Of a DNA stretch of 64,000 nt, positions 37,699 through 46,892 are shown in pieces. The notes under the pieces are model-generated. The model was not told the origin of the DNA, did not search any database, and saw nothing but the letters and a program-made list of their open reading frames with translations. Origin of the DNA: a virus; the IMG/VR virus record IMGVR_UViG_3300025030_000081, positions 1 through 64,000 of that record. One strand, written 5' to 3'. Within the stretch, counting starts at the first letter, position 1, and every line of letters begins with the position of its first letter. The position numbers were made by a program, and so were the translations under genes.

Positions 37699-38868
37699 TT
37701 ATTTTTTCAAGATGTTGTAGTGGATCACCCGGCCGTGGTCGCATTTCCAGGACGGATCATCGTGGATGATCCAGAGCAGGGGGATGCTGCTGTTCTTGGG
37801 TGACGTCTTGGTAAACTCGCCGTCGGTGAATACCAGGATCAGCGTCGGCCGGTGTTCGGCCACCCAGTCATGGACCGGCTGGATCCTCGTTCCCCCGCGC
37901 CCGACGAACTTCAGTTCCTTGAACGGGTTCTGGTCTTCCCGCAGCTCCTGGGTGCTTTTCAGCACCGTGTTGAAGTCGATGACCGTGATCTTCTTCGGGT
38001 GCATGGTCTGCTGGATTTCCGCGATTTTGGTGATGAAGACATTGAACTCCTCGTCCGACACGGAGCTGGAAGAGTCGACCGCAATGGCGATATGGGGCAG
38101 CGCTTCCGAATGGGCAACCGGCATGTAGTGGTCCGGCAGGAAGCGCTTGTTCGGGCGCCGGAACGAGTAGTCGTCGTTGGCGAAATCGGTCAGGTAGTTC
38201 TGCAGGATGATGTGCCAGGGAAGTGGCGGGTTCAGGGTATTGGCCAGCTCGATCTCGACCTCGCCAGGTATGCTCCCCGGAGGCTGCTTGGCCAGCTTTG
38301 CCTGGGTTGTCGCGCGCAGGATGATGGTGGTGACTTCGTCCTGTCCAACGGCCTGTCCCGGTGCAGCCTGCTCCGGGTAGCTGACGTCGGCCCCGTTCAT
38401 GCCGCTACCGTTATCCGTGCATTGCTTGAGGATGTTGCACTTCTCGGTTTCCGACTTCTTGTAGATGATGTCGTACACCTGTTCCGTGTTCATGCCATCG
38501 TACTTGTGGTCGAGCAGGCCGCCCTTGGGCAGAGCGTACTTGGCCGTGTCCAGGAAGCCGTTGATGACGTAATCGGCGGCGATGTTGTACCACTTCGGAT
38601 CCCGGTCACCGCGGCGGTGCATGTGATCCAGCGCCACATGGAGTACCTCGTGGGCCAAGAGGCCGATCCGCTCATTGGGTGTGAGGTCGGTGAAGAAGAT
38701 CGGGTTCACCAGCAGGGATCTGCCATCCGTCGCCGCGGATGGTATCTCCTCGGTGATGAGCTGCTTCATGGAGAAGAGGATGGTGGTGTAATATACGGTA
38801 TTTTTCTGCATCATCAGCGTGATCTTGGCTATCTTCAGGGCGTCTGCCGCATCCTGCAGTATGCACAT
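37699..38868 (-). CDS. metallopeptidase plus vWA domain protein (N4 gp25-like)
   Basis: AATDG, HEVLH, NIAADYVIN, VDSSSSV MIDAS-like motif, GRGGT, FTDG. Confidence 0.88.
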   Translation of the reverse strand: MCILQDAADALKIAKITLMMQKNTVYYTTILFSMKQLITEEIPSAATDGRSLLVNPIFFTDLTPNERIGLLAHEVLHVALDHMHRRGDRDPKWYNIAADYVINGFLDTAKYALPKGGLLDHKYDGMNTEQVYDIIYKKSETEKCNILKQCTDNGSGMNGADVSYPEQAAPGQAVGQDEVTTIILRATTQAKLAKQPPGSIPGEVEIELANTLNPPLPWHIILQNYLTDFANDDYSFRRPNKRFLPDHYMPVAHSEALPHIAIAVDSSSSVSDEEFNVFITKIAEIQQTMHPKKITVIDFNTVLKSTQELREDQNPFKELKFVGRGGTRIQPVHDWVAEHRPTLILVFTDGEFTKTSPKNSSIPLLWIIHDDPSWKCDHGRVIHYNILKK

Positions 38869-38884
38869 ACTGGCTCCTTTAGTG

Positions 38885-39268
38885 TTACAGTTTTTCAAAC
38901 CTTCCCTTGGCGCCCCTCTTGACCGTCGGCTTTGGTTCCGACTTGAGCAACCGGTACTGGTCCTTTTCCCCTTTCCATGCCAGGTCAGCGTCCTTCCTAT
39001 CCTGGTCGGTGATCTCTCCCCAGAACTCGTCCAGGGCGAGCTGCACCCGGGCGAAGAAGCGTTCCGTCGCCAGCAGGTACTCGTCCTTGACCCTTCCCTT
39101 GATGTGGCGGTCCACGGCCTTGATCTTGTAGAGGATATCCTTGACCTCGGCGTGCGGCATGGAACCCCTGTTGAAACGGGTCTCCAGATCGGTGAAGAGC
39201 GCGTCCCCCATGGCCAGTAGCGCCAGGGAACGGGAGTCTTGCTTACTTACCATAATTTCGATCTGCAT
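38885..39268 (-). CDS. hypothetical protein
   Basis: AAGGAG RBS before MQIEIM. Confidence 0.55.
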   Translation of the reverse strand: MQIEIMVSKQDSRSLALLAMGDALFTDLETRFNRGSMPHAEVKDILYKIKAVDRHIKGRVKDEYLLATERFFARVQLALDEFWGEITDQDRKDADLAWKGEKDQYRLLKSEPKPTVKRGAKGRFEKL

Positions 39269-39273
39269 TAAAT

Positions 39274-39534
39274 CTATGCTCCTTCGGGACTGTGGTGGTT
39301 GATGAGCTCGTGGGCGTGGAGGGACAGGAGTCGGTCCTCCTCGGCATTGAGACGCGCCTGGTAGGCGTAGCGGGTTTCCCCGTTGATGTAGAAGAACCAT
39401 TCGTCGGCCGTGTAGTTGACGCCGTCGTGATGCCGGCTGCCGCACCTGACGCAACAGAAATGCCTGACCCGTTCAGCATCTCCGGCGTCGCGATAGTAGC
39501 TGAACTTGCTCATCTGGGTTCCGCAGCATTCCAT
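39274..39534 (-). CDS. small Zn-ribbon-like protein
   Basis: CCG...CVRCG. Confidence 0.55.
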   Translation of the reverse strand: MECCGTQMSKFSYYRDAGDAERVRHFCCVRCGSRHHDGVNYTADEWFFYINGETRYAYQARLNAEEDRLLSLHAHELINHHSPEGA

Positions 39535-39553
39535 ATCGTGATTCCTTTGTTGA

Positions 39554-39937
39554 CTAGATTTTGGTAGTGATGAACGGCGCTTTAACTTTCTCGATCAGCG
39601 AGACGACGTCGGGCGAGTCGATCTGGGCGATGACCAGGGCGTTGAACACGCTCGAGTCACAGTATTGGGATGGCGCGCTCACTTCCGTTTGGGTTTTGCG
39701 GAGATACGGCAGGATTTCAGACAAACCGACTTTGCCCATATCTTTGTGGGCAGCATCCAAGTACGCCCGAAGGGTCTTGTTCATGGTTCTGATGGACCTC
39801 AAGGCGAGTTTCGCTGCAGGTGTGTTTTGTTCGTCCTGGATCATGTTTAACTCATTTTGCTTCTTTTTGGCAGCTTCCCGGAGTTCTTTGCAGATCTGGG
39901 TGGTCAGGGCGGTCAGTTCGGTTTTATTTAATTTCAT
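39554..39937 (-). CDS. hypothetical protein
   Basis: AAGGA RBS; in operon. Confidence 0.6.
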   Translation of the reverse strand: MKLNKTELTALTTQICKELREAAKKKQNELNMIQDEQNTPAAKLALRSIRTMNKTLRAYLDAAHKDMGKVGLSEILPYLRKTQTEVSAPSQYCDSSVFNALVIAQIDSPDVVSLIEKVKAPFITTKI

Positions 39938-40078
39938 CTTTGTTTTCCTTTATTGGGTTAGTGGTTTATTGTTTATCGCCTTGCTGCCTACGGGATTTCC
40001 TCGTTCAGGAATACAATCCCGTCGCCCAAAGGGCTCGGGGATTCCATTCCTTCACTCGAAAATACCTACGGCAGCCGG

Positions 40079-40294
40079 CTAATCGGGTTGGGCTTTGACC
40101 CATTCCAAGGCGGCCAGATGTTCCCGCTCTTCCTTTTCGTACCCGTCCAAAATGGCTTGGCAGGTTTCACCGCTCTCGCCATAAAGTTCCTGCATCTGTT
40201 CAGGGGTGCGACCACGAAACGCCGCCCTTGCTCTTGCACCATTGTCTCCTTTAGTGCATTCCAGAATGCAAATTGCTTTTTGTTTCGGCGTCAT
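40079..40294 (-). CDS. hypothetical protein
   Basis: AAGGA RBS; in operon. Confidence 0.55.
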   Translation of the reverse strand: MTPKQKAICILECTKGDNGARARAAFRGRTPEQMQELYGESGETCQAILDGYEKEEREHLAALEWVKAQPD

Positions 40295-40314
40295 ATCGAT
40301 TCCTTTATGATTGG

Positions 40315-41322
40315 TTAGAAGATCTCGGATGCGACCGCGTGCGCCCAGTCACGGATGGCCGGAACCTGGAGCAGTTCCTTCTTGCGCTTCAGGGTTGCCC
40401 GGATCGAGGTGGTGCCGAACTCCAGCGGCAGGCGCTTGACGTACTTCATCAGGATGTCGGCGCTGGCCTCGTCGATGTAGGAGGCGACCATGTGGCTCAC
40501 CGCGTAGAGCAGGGCCGGATCGTCGGGAACGGTGATCCCCGTGGGATCTCGCTTGATGTCGTTGATGCTGGGGAGCGAGGAGCAGTAGCTCAGGTAGGCG
40601 TTGAACTCATGGGCGATGCCGGCCGACAGGGTGCCGATAAGGATGTCCAGCATCCCGAGGGATACCTCCCTATCCTTGATCAGCTTGGAGGCGAATTCCC
40701 AGGTCCTGGGGCACGAGAAGGTGGTATCGTTGTGGTTGGGATCGAAGTTGTGCAGGTGTTCGGGACGACCCTCTATGTAGCTGACGATCCTGTGGTCGAT
40801 GCCGTTACCGGTGGCCCACTCGATCCAGAGGCGCGCGTCGACGTCCAGCTCCAGGTGGATCAGGCGGGACTGCATGGCCGTGCTCATCCGGTTCACGATG
40901 GCGCCGTCGGTCACCTTGTTGCCGGCGCAGACGATGGCCACGTTCTTGTGCAGATGGTGGCTACCAACCTGCCGGTCCAGGACGAGCTTGTAGGCTGCAG
41001 CCTGGACCGCCAGCGGAGCCGAAGGGAACTCGTCCAGGAACAGCAGCCAGCCGTCGTAACCGTCCGGTGGGGTATCCAGACCCTGCAACGGGAAGTGCTC
41101 CGGCGGGGCGTAACCCATGCGGGATCCGTTATGGGTGGGGAAACCGCAGAGGTCGGTAGGGTCGCACTGGGACAGGCGGAGGTCGATCACCTTGAGCCTG
41201 AACTGCTTGGCTATGCCACGGATGATGTCGGATTTGCCGATGCCCGGGCTTCCCGCGATATAGGGAACCAGGCCGGCAGCGAGTATGGTGACTACTGATT
41301 CCTGTAAGTCTTTCGAGTTCAT
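40315..41322 (-). CDS. MoxR-like AAA+ ATPase (N4 gp24-like)
   Basis: GSPGIGKS, LFLDEF, AGN, SRL, PRTW. Confidence 0.9.
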   Translation of the reverse strand: MNSKDLQESVVTILAAGLVPYIAGSPGIGKSDIIRGIAKQFRLKVIDLRLSQCDPTDLCGFPTHNGSRMGYAPPEHFPLQGLDTPPDGYDGWLLFLDEFPSAPLAVQAAAYKLVLDRQVGSHHLHKNVAIVCAGNKVTDGAIVNRMSTAMQSRLIHLELDVDARLWIEWATGNGIDHRIVSYIEGRPEHLHNFDPNHNDTTFSCPRTWEFASKLIKDREVSLGMLDILIGTLSAGIAHEFNAYLSYCSSLPSINDIKRDPTGITVPDDPALLYAVSHMVASYIDEASADILMKYVKRLPLEFGTTSIRATLKRKKELLQVPAIRDWAHAVASEIF

Positions 41323-41376
41323 GGTATCTCCGAATTCCGAATTGGTTATTGATTTTATGAAACCCGCCGGAGGCGG

Positions 41377-41892
41377 CTATTCTCCAGGTTCGCATACCTG
41401 GCAGGTGTCGTGCCGCACCGCCTCTGCCAGCCGGAAATTGTTCAGGTTGACGTCGAAGAGACCCTGAGCACCCTTAGCCGGAACAGGCTTTTCAAACGCC
41501 CGCACTTTTTCCAGTTGCCATGCAAAGCGCCCAGGGCTGAAGTCTCCGAACGGATAATCGCCGCCGATCTGACTGAGCGACATGGTATCGGTGCGGACAC
41601 AATCCACCAGTTGGACAACGCCAAGTGCTGCACCAAACGGAAGATCGTCAATCCCTATGAGCGCTTTGGGGATCAGTGTGTCACCGTGTAGAGGGGCGAG
41701 TCCCCTCTGAAAATCTTCCTTGAACAGCGGCCCAAAAAGGTAATCCTTCAGTTTGTACTTAGGAAGCCCACCTTTGGCAGCGTAGATCACGATAGGGCCG
41801 CGATACCGAGTTGCCCACGACCTGGTTTCAAACCTCTTGGCACCAGTGAAAATCAGAGATGCCCATGGTTGCCACAAGCTAAGCCCTTTCAT
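41377..41892 (-). CDS. ASCH domain protein
   Basis: GLSLWQPWASLI..GAKRFETRSW, KGAQGLF. Confidence 0.88.
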   Translation of the reverse strand: MKGLSLWQPWASLIFTGAKRFETRSWATRYRGPIVIYAAKGGLPKYKLKDYLFGPLFKEDFQRGLAPLHGDTLIPKALIGIDDLPFGAALGVVQLVDCVRTDTMSLSQIGGDYPFGDFSPGRFAWQLEKVRAFEKPVPAKGAQGLFDVNLNNFRLAEAVRHDTCQVCEPGE

Positions 41893-41971
41893 CTTCCCCC
41901 TCCCCAAATATCCCCAGCCGCACAGGGCAGAGGATGGTTAATTGTCTTTGTGCTGCGGTCAGTTTTAACCA

Positions 41972-42319
41972 TCAGTACACCTCGTAAAGGAGCTGCGCGA
42001 TGAACTCCTTCATCGCCTTGTTGGACCACTCCTTCATCTTCAGGCGGGGCATGCGGATCAGGATGGCCGGATGGTCATACATCATGACGTGGACCAGGGT
42101 GCGCTTCCTGTTGACGAAGGCCGTCCAGTCTCGGCCCTTGGCGCAGTCCATCGATTTAGAGACCTGGTCGACCTGCAGGTTGTAATCCAGCTTCAGGCGG
42201 ACTCGGCGTTTGATGGGTACCTCTTCTTCCACCGGGATGAGAACACCCTCTAGCTGCATGTTTTCGAGCTCTCTTTTTGTCCGGTCTGTCAAGCCTGCTG
42301 CATCGATTCTGTACAGCAT
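41972..42319 (-). CDS. hypothetical protein
   Basis: AAGGAG RBS before MLYRID. Confidence 0.5.
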   Translation of the reverse strand: MLYRIDAAGLTDRTKRELENMQLEGVLIPVEEEVPIKRRVRLKLDYNLQVDQVSKSMDCAKGRDWTAFVNRKRTLVHVMMYDHPAILIRMPRLKMKEWSNKAMKEFIAQLLYEVY

Positions 42320-42336
42320 CTGGGTCTTCTCCTTTC

Positions 42337-42966
42337 CTATTCTCCCGGGAAGCGCAGCAGCTTCATGTAGTCGGTATCCGCGGCAGTCACCACGTCGGTG
42401 GTCCCCTCGTACTGGGGTTTTCTGCCTTGCCGTCTTGCTTTCGCATATTCCGTAGCACACTGCTTATGCTGGTATACGAAACTTTTTTGCCCATTAAAAC
42501 TTTCGGTCATGTTTTTAGTAAAATCGTACTTACCACACAACCTACATTTTCTTTTATTAGCGTTTCCGCAGTCTTTATACGCTTGCATTGACCGATGAAT
42601 TTCGGTGTGTTCTGCCCGTGTTAGGGCCAGCAAGTTTTCTATTCTGTTGTCAGTTTTTATTTCATTTATGTGGTGGGATACTTCAGATGGTAATAACTGA
42701 CGTCCAAGAAAATTCTCCAACACCATTACATGTTCGTATGTGTATGGGTTTTTTCTTCCAATTCTTTTGTCTGCAACTTTTATGTAACCGCCTGATTTTA
42801 TTTTTCCACCACTCCATGAGGATGATTCTGCTCCGGCTAGAGTTGTTACTTTTGCGTGGTGATGCTGCACGAATCTACGATATTCACCCTTTTTAATACC
42901 TTCACTTGTTGTTGTTTTAGTAGCCATAGCAGTCGGCATTCCACAACCACATTCGCATAATTTCAT
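42337..42966 (-). CDS. free-standing HNH endonuclease
   Basis: CECGCG N-terminus; YEHVMV..EVSHHINEIKTDNRIENL; AT-rich. Confidence 0.88.
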   Translation of the reverse strand: MKLCECGCGMPTAMATKTTTSEGIKKGEYRRFVQHHHAKVTTLAGAESSSWSGGKIKSGGYIKVADKRIGRKNPYTYEHVMVLENFLGRQLLPSEVSHHINEIKTDNRIENLLALTRAEHTEIHRSMQAYKDCGNANKRKCRLCGKYDFTKNMTESFNGQKSFVYQHKQCATEYAKARRQGRKPQYEGTTDVVTAADTDYMKLLRFPGE

Positions 42967-43026
42967 ATACTACTCCTTTTTCATATTTGTCATAGTATAC
43001 ACTGTCTACCAGCAACAACAACAACA

Positions 43027-44178
43027 TTATTCTTCTGGTGGCCTTAATAGTTTATTCCAATCTGTATCCATTGCTGTACAGTCATCTCGTGCCCCTTGAT
43101 AGATCGGCTGGAACAGCGAACCGTCTTCGTAGTAGTACTTGTAGCGGATCTCGACGAACTCCCCGATCTGCGGGATGGCGTAGTTGGCCGGTATGGTCAC
43201 GTTGCCCACCGGCACCCAGACCTGCTTGGCCAGGTCGTAGCAGGCGAGTGCCACGCTTCTCTTGCCTTCAGTGATCCCGGTAACGATGGCCTGGGTGTGC
43301 TGCCAGAAGATCACCTTGAGCTGGTCGCCCAGGCGGTTCGGCCGTCCTTCGGTATGCGCCGCGTCCAGTCGCTTGAAGACGACCCCTTCCCCGCCGGCCG
43401 ATTTCACCCTGTCCCAGAGTTCCTGCTTGGCTGCAGTCGAGGTCCACAGCGGTACCAGCTCAACGGAGTCGTTGCAGTAGGTTCGGTGAAATTCCAGCAG
43501 GTCGTTGTAACGCTGCAGATAGGGGTGGCTTTTGCGGGAAAAGCAGTTCAGATCCAGGAGGTCGAACGCGTAGAGCTTGCTGCCGATTATCTCACCGTCC
43601 AGCTGCAAGGAGAACAGCGCCGCGTTGAAGCTGACGGGCGTAGGGACGGTGAACCCGAGCTTGTTGGCTCCCCGCGGTTCCCGGTTCGTGGGATCGACCA
43701 GCACCGTATGGCGCCTGCCGTTCTTCTTCTCCTGGGCTCCCCAGGCGTCGTCGTCGAGGTAGGCCTGAGCCTCCTCCTCGGAGATCTCGTTCAATAGTTG
43801 GGGCAGGAAGCCGGAGGGGATCTTCTCCATGGCTTTCTTGCGGGTGTCCGTCATGACCCTGGTGTCGACCATCACATCGTCAACCATGATGGTCTTGACA
43901 GTGAAGTCGCCTGTGCCCGGGTCCACGGCAACCTGGTGCCCCCAGACGTTGCCGCTGATCCCGTTGGCTACCTGGTAACCCTTGGCCAGCTTCTCGTTGA
44001 ATTTCTTGGTGAACTCCGCGGCGGCTTTGGCTGCAGTCGGGTGGTCCTGCTGGGACATGGCCAAGCCCGATCCGCGCCGGCCATAGGCCACATGCAGGGC
44101 GGTCCCGTTCTGCAGGAGATGGTATACCTTGTCGGATCCGCCGCCGGTGAAGTGGAGGTCGGCTGTCTGTTTTGTCAT
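43027..44178 (-). CDS. WGR-domain ATP-dependent DNA ligase
   Basis: SDKVYH..YGRRG WGR-like N-terminus; QEKKNGRR, LDGEI, AFDLL and EGVVFK ligase motifs; OB fold. Confidence 0.85.
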   Translation of the reverse strand: MTKQTADLHFTGGGSDKVYHLLQNGTALHVAYGRRGSGLAMSQQDHPTAAKAAAEFTKKFNEKLAKGYQVANGISGNVWGHQVAVDPGTGDFTVKTIMVDDVMVDTRVMTDTRKKAMEKIPSGFLPQLLNEISEEEAQAYLDDDAWGAQEKKNGRRHTVLVDPTNREPRGANKLGFTVPTPVSFNAALFSLQLDGEIIGSKLYAFDLLDLNCFSRKSHPYLQRYNDLLEFHRTYCNDSVELVPLWTSTAAKQELWDRVKSAGGEGVVFKRLDAAHTEGRPNRLGDQLKVIFWQHTQAIVTGITEGKRSVALACYDLAKQVWVPVGNVTIPANYAIPQIGEFVEIRYKYYYEDGSLFQPIYQGARDDCTAMDTDWNKLLRPPEE

Positions 44179-44346
44179 TGGTTACTCCTTTAGTAGTCGC
44201 AATGCCTGTTGTGGTAGCCGCCGAGTACCTCGATCATGTGCTCGTAGTGCGCCTCTTCCAGCCTCTCAATCAGCGCCCGGCACTCCGGGCAGAGGCAGTC
44301 CTTCTGCTCCGTGCAGGGGCCGTCCTGCTTCGCCTCGCAGTCGTTT

Positions 44347-44643
44347 TCACGTAAGGTCATGGCTATCCCCCTGTATCTCCACCTCCGGTTCCGGTTCCGG
44401 TTCCGGTACCGCGCAGATATGGGGCATCACCTTCACCGCGACATTCCCGAGTCCCCGGGAAAGCTGGGACATGATGCGCACCCCGCATTCGGCGCAGTAG
44501 ACCTCCACGTCGATATCGAAGGATTGCCGGGGCTGGAAGTTATGGTTGAAGTTGATCAGGTAGGTCCCGTGCCGGTTGGCCTTGCAGAGGTCCACACCCT
44601 TCTGCGTCTCGTAGTGCTTGCCGCATTCGCATTTGGAAGTCAT
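44347..44643 (-). CDS. Cys-rich hypothetical protein
   Basis: CECG and CAECG motifs, PE repeat; AAGGAG RBS. Confidence 0.55.
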   Translation of the reverse strand: MTSKCECGKHYETQKGVDLCKANRHGTYLINFNHNFQPRQSFDIDVEVYCAECGVRIMSQLSRGLGNVAVKVMPHICAVPEPEPEPEVEIQGDSHDLT

Positions 44644-44654
44644 GTCGTTTCTCC

Positions 44655-45263
44655 TTAACTGCCCCAGGCATCAAGAGCTGCCTGCCGCTCCTTGGCCAGG
44701 AACGCCCTGGTTTCCTCGTCGAACATCTCCTCGATGTTGGCGTCCGGATCCAGTAGGGCAACCCAGTCTTCACCGACATAGTGAGTCGACCTGATGATGA
44801 TGAGGATGCCGTCGGTACGCCTGATCGCCTCGAAGCTGGTGTTCTTGTGGTTGATCTTCTCGATCGGCAGCACGTAGGTGCCGTAGAATTTGCAGCCGTA
44901 ATGACTGCGGGTATCGGGACTTCTTTCCGACCAGCCTCTGGTGCCGCCCATATGCCCGCACAGGCCGGCGTTGCCGCCCAGGAACTTGACGCCTTCCGGT
45001 TTGTCCTTCTGGTCGGTGGGGAGGAAGTAGGCGGCCGTGAACAGGTCGGAGAACTTCGACGCGTTGGGCATGAGGAGAGGCCGGTAGGTTTCCTTGCCGG
45101 CCTTGAAGGTATTGAAGGCAGCCTCGATCCAGCCGCCGATGTAGTTATCCAGATGGTTCAACCCGGCCAGCTGGATGAAGGTGGTGAAGTTGTCGGAAAC
45201 CTTGAATGCATCGTTATGCTTCCTGAACAGGGCGTAGGCGTCTTCCGTCTTATGCAGTGCCAT
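44655..45263 (-). CDS. hypothetical protein
   Basis: AAGGAGG RBS; typical codon usage. Confidence 0.65.
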   Translation of the reverse strand: MALHKTEDAYALFRKHNDAFKVSDNFTTFIQLAGLNHLDNYIGGWIEAAFNTFKAGKETYRPLLMPNASKFSDLFTAAYFLPTDQKDKPEGVKFLGGNAGLCGHMGGTRGWSERSPDTRSHYGCKFYGTYVLPIEKINHKNTSFEAIRRTDGILIIIRSTHYVGEDWVALLDPDANIEEMFDEETRAFLAKERQAALDAWGS

Positions 45264-45480
45264 CCGGTGCCTCCTTGTCGTAGATGTTTCCCTTATCGTC
45301 GATGACTGCAGCCAGGTGGTAGGAGTCGGTCCATTGGGCGCAGCATTCGTCGCAGCTGCATTCCTGGTAAGCGTTGCCGTTATCGATCGTCACACTGTTA
45401 CCCTGCACGGAATCGCTGCCGCAGATCGGGCAGGCGGACCCGTCACTTCTCAGATAGGCTTGCGCCTGTTCGTTGGTCAT
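45250..45480 (-). CDS. Zn-ribbon protein
   Basis: CPICGS...CDECCAQW; AAGGAG RBS before MTNEQ. Confidence 0.65.
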   Translation of the reverse strand: MTNEQAQAYLRSDGSACPICGSDSVQGNSVTIDNGNAYQECSCDECCAQWTDSYHLAAVIDDKGNIYDKEAPDGTA

Positions 45481-45648
45481 GCCACTCTCCTTATCGTTTA
45501 CCCAATCGGTATTTGTCGCTATTCCCCTCGATCTGACAGAGCTTCCGTTCGGGCCTTGGCCACTGGTACTCACCTTCCAGCTCCCGGCGTTCCTCTTCCG
45601 ACAAGACACGGCCCTGGTTGAAGGTGAATGGTTCAGGTCGCTGCAGAA

Positions 45649-45894
45649 TCACCGGTTACCTCCCCTGGTTATGGTGACTTCCGAATCCTTGAAATAGGCA
45701 AGACAGCCCGGACTGTTGTGAAACGGCGGCTTCTCCAGGATGACCCCGTACCTGAACCATTCCTCACCTTTTCTGGTGTACCACCAGAAGGGGCTGAACT
45801 CGATCTCAACCGCCAGTCCCGGTCCCAGCTCGGTCGTGCAGGGCTGGTGTTCGATCGTGTAGCGGTACACCTCCATGCGTTCCAGCTGGCTCAT
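45649..45894 (-). CDS. hypothetical protein
   Basis: AAGGAG RBS. Confidence 0.55.
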   Translation of the reverse strand: MSQLERMEVYRYTIEHQPCTTELGPGLAVEIEFSPFWWYTRKGEEWFRYGVILEKPPFHNSPGCLAYFKDSEVTITRGGNR

Positions 45895-45913
45895 AGTTTC
45901 TCCTTATTATTCG

Positions 45914-46477
45914 TTAGGCGCCGGCATCCAGCGCAGCGTCGTAAGCCTTGGCTTCACGGTCCATAGTCAGTGCAGACCTAACGGCGTCCAGTATCCGGCA
46001 CAGGTAGGCGTATTCAGGGTTTTCAATGGTAGGCAAGCGGTACCACCACTCTTCCCCGAAGATTTCCACCATCGCTTTGCCGTGTACGTCATGGAGTGTT
46101 TCGACTCGTTCGACGCCTTCCAGATTCTCAGCCATTTCGAACAGCTCGCGCGCCTGCTCTTTGTCAATCCACCTTTTCTTGAACTCCTTGATGATCCACC
46201 TCTTCGCGTGCTTGACCAACTCTTCCAGATCATAAATGTGGTCGCTGATGCCCCGGTTGAAATTGTTGGCGAGATAGTCGTTGTTACAGGACAGCAGGAA
46301 CCCACGGATGTCGTGGTCACCCATACCGCCCCAAGAGGCAACCCACGACTTGTCCCAGCAGGTGATCGTCGCTTTTCCGCACCTTGGCCCTAAGTCTTCA
46401 AGGAATACTGTGATGGTGTCCAGTCGCGGTACTTCGGTTATGGTCACTTTTGTGACGACTGCTTCTTCTACCTTCAT
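45914..46477 (-). CDS. conserved phage hypothetical protein
   Basis: LDTITVFLED..G.ATITCW..SW...WGGMG pattern; AAGGAG RBS. Confidence 0.7.
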   Translation of the reverse strand: MKVEEAVVTKVTITEVPRLDTITVFLEDLGPRCGKATITCWDKSWVASWGGMGDHDIRGFLLSCNNDYLANNFNRGISDHIYDLEELVKHAKRWIIKEFKKRWIDKEQARELFEMAENLEGVERVETLHDVHGKAMVEIFGEEWWYRLPTIENPEYAYLCRILDAVRSALTMDREAKAYDAALDAGA

Positions 46478-46783
46478 GGTTTCTCCTTGGGTACCCGGAA
46501 GCGCAGGTGCCGGCGACTATCTGCATCGTGCATGACGGTCAGCTGGTGCTGGGCGACGTCCTTCAAGAACTGCTCTTCGGTGGGTTCCTGGCTCATATCG
46601 GCTCCTAGGGTATCTAAAGTTAAACTTTCGTGACTATCTGTCATATCACAGTTAGCTGTAGGAATTCACCCGAAATCGAGTGTTAGGTGTCATGTTGGAG
46701 GTATGCACTTTTCGTGATTTTTGAAAAGTTACCATGCATGTTTTGGGTATTTTTCACAGTGCCATTTTCAACCCGTAAAAATG

Positions 46784-46805
46784 CACAAAAGCAGCCGGAG
46801 GCTGC
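46784..46805 (-). promoter_or_regulatory. candidate vRNAP hairpin promoter (+ strand is template)
   Basis: CACAAAA-GCAGCC-GGA-GGCTGC resembles the N4 template-strand promoter CCAAAA-GAAGC-GGA-GCTTC. Confidence 0.6.
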
Positions 46806-46852
46806 CCTGTATCGTGGAGGATAAAACAGCTAAGCGAAGTTAACTTTTAGGT

Positions 46853-46887
46853 AAACAAAAAACTGCCTACCCGGTTAGGGGTAGGCA
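46853..46887 (-). terminator. intrinsic terminator after RNAP II subunit 2
   Basis: TGCCTACCC/GGGTAGGCA stem followed by a U-run on the minus strand. Confidence 0.75.
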
Positions 46888-46892
46888 TGTGG

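Noticed and set aside
44385-44410. CCGGTT tandem repeat
   Set aside because: It encodes a Pro-Glu linker in a small ORF; no sign of phase variation.
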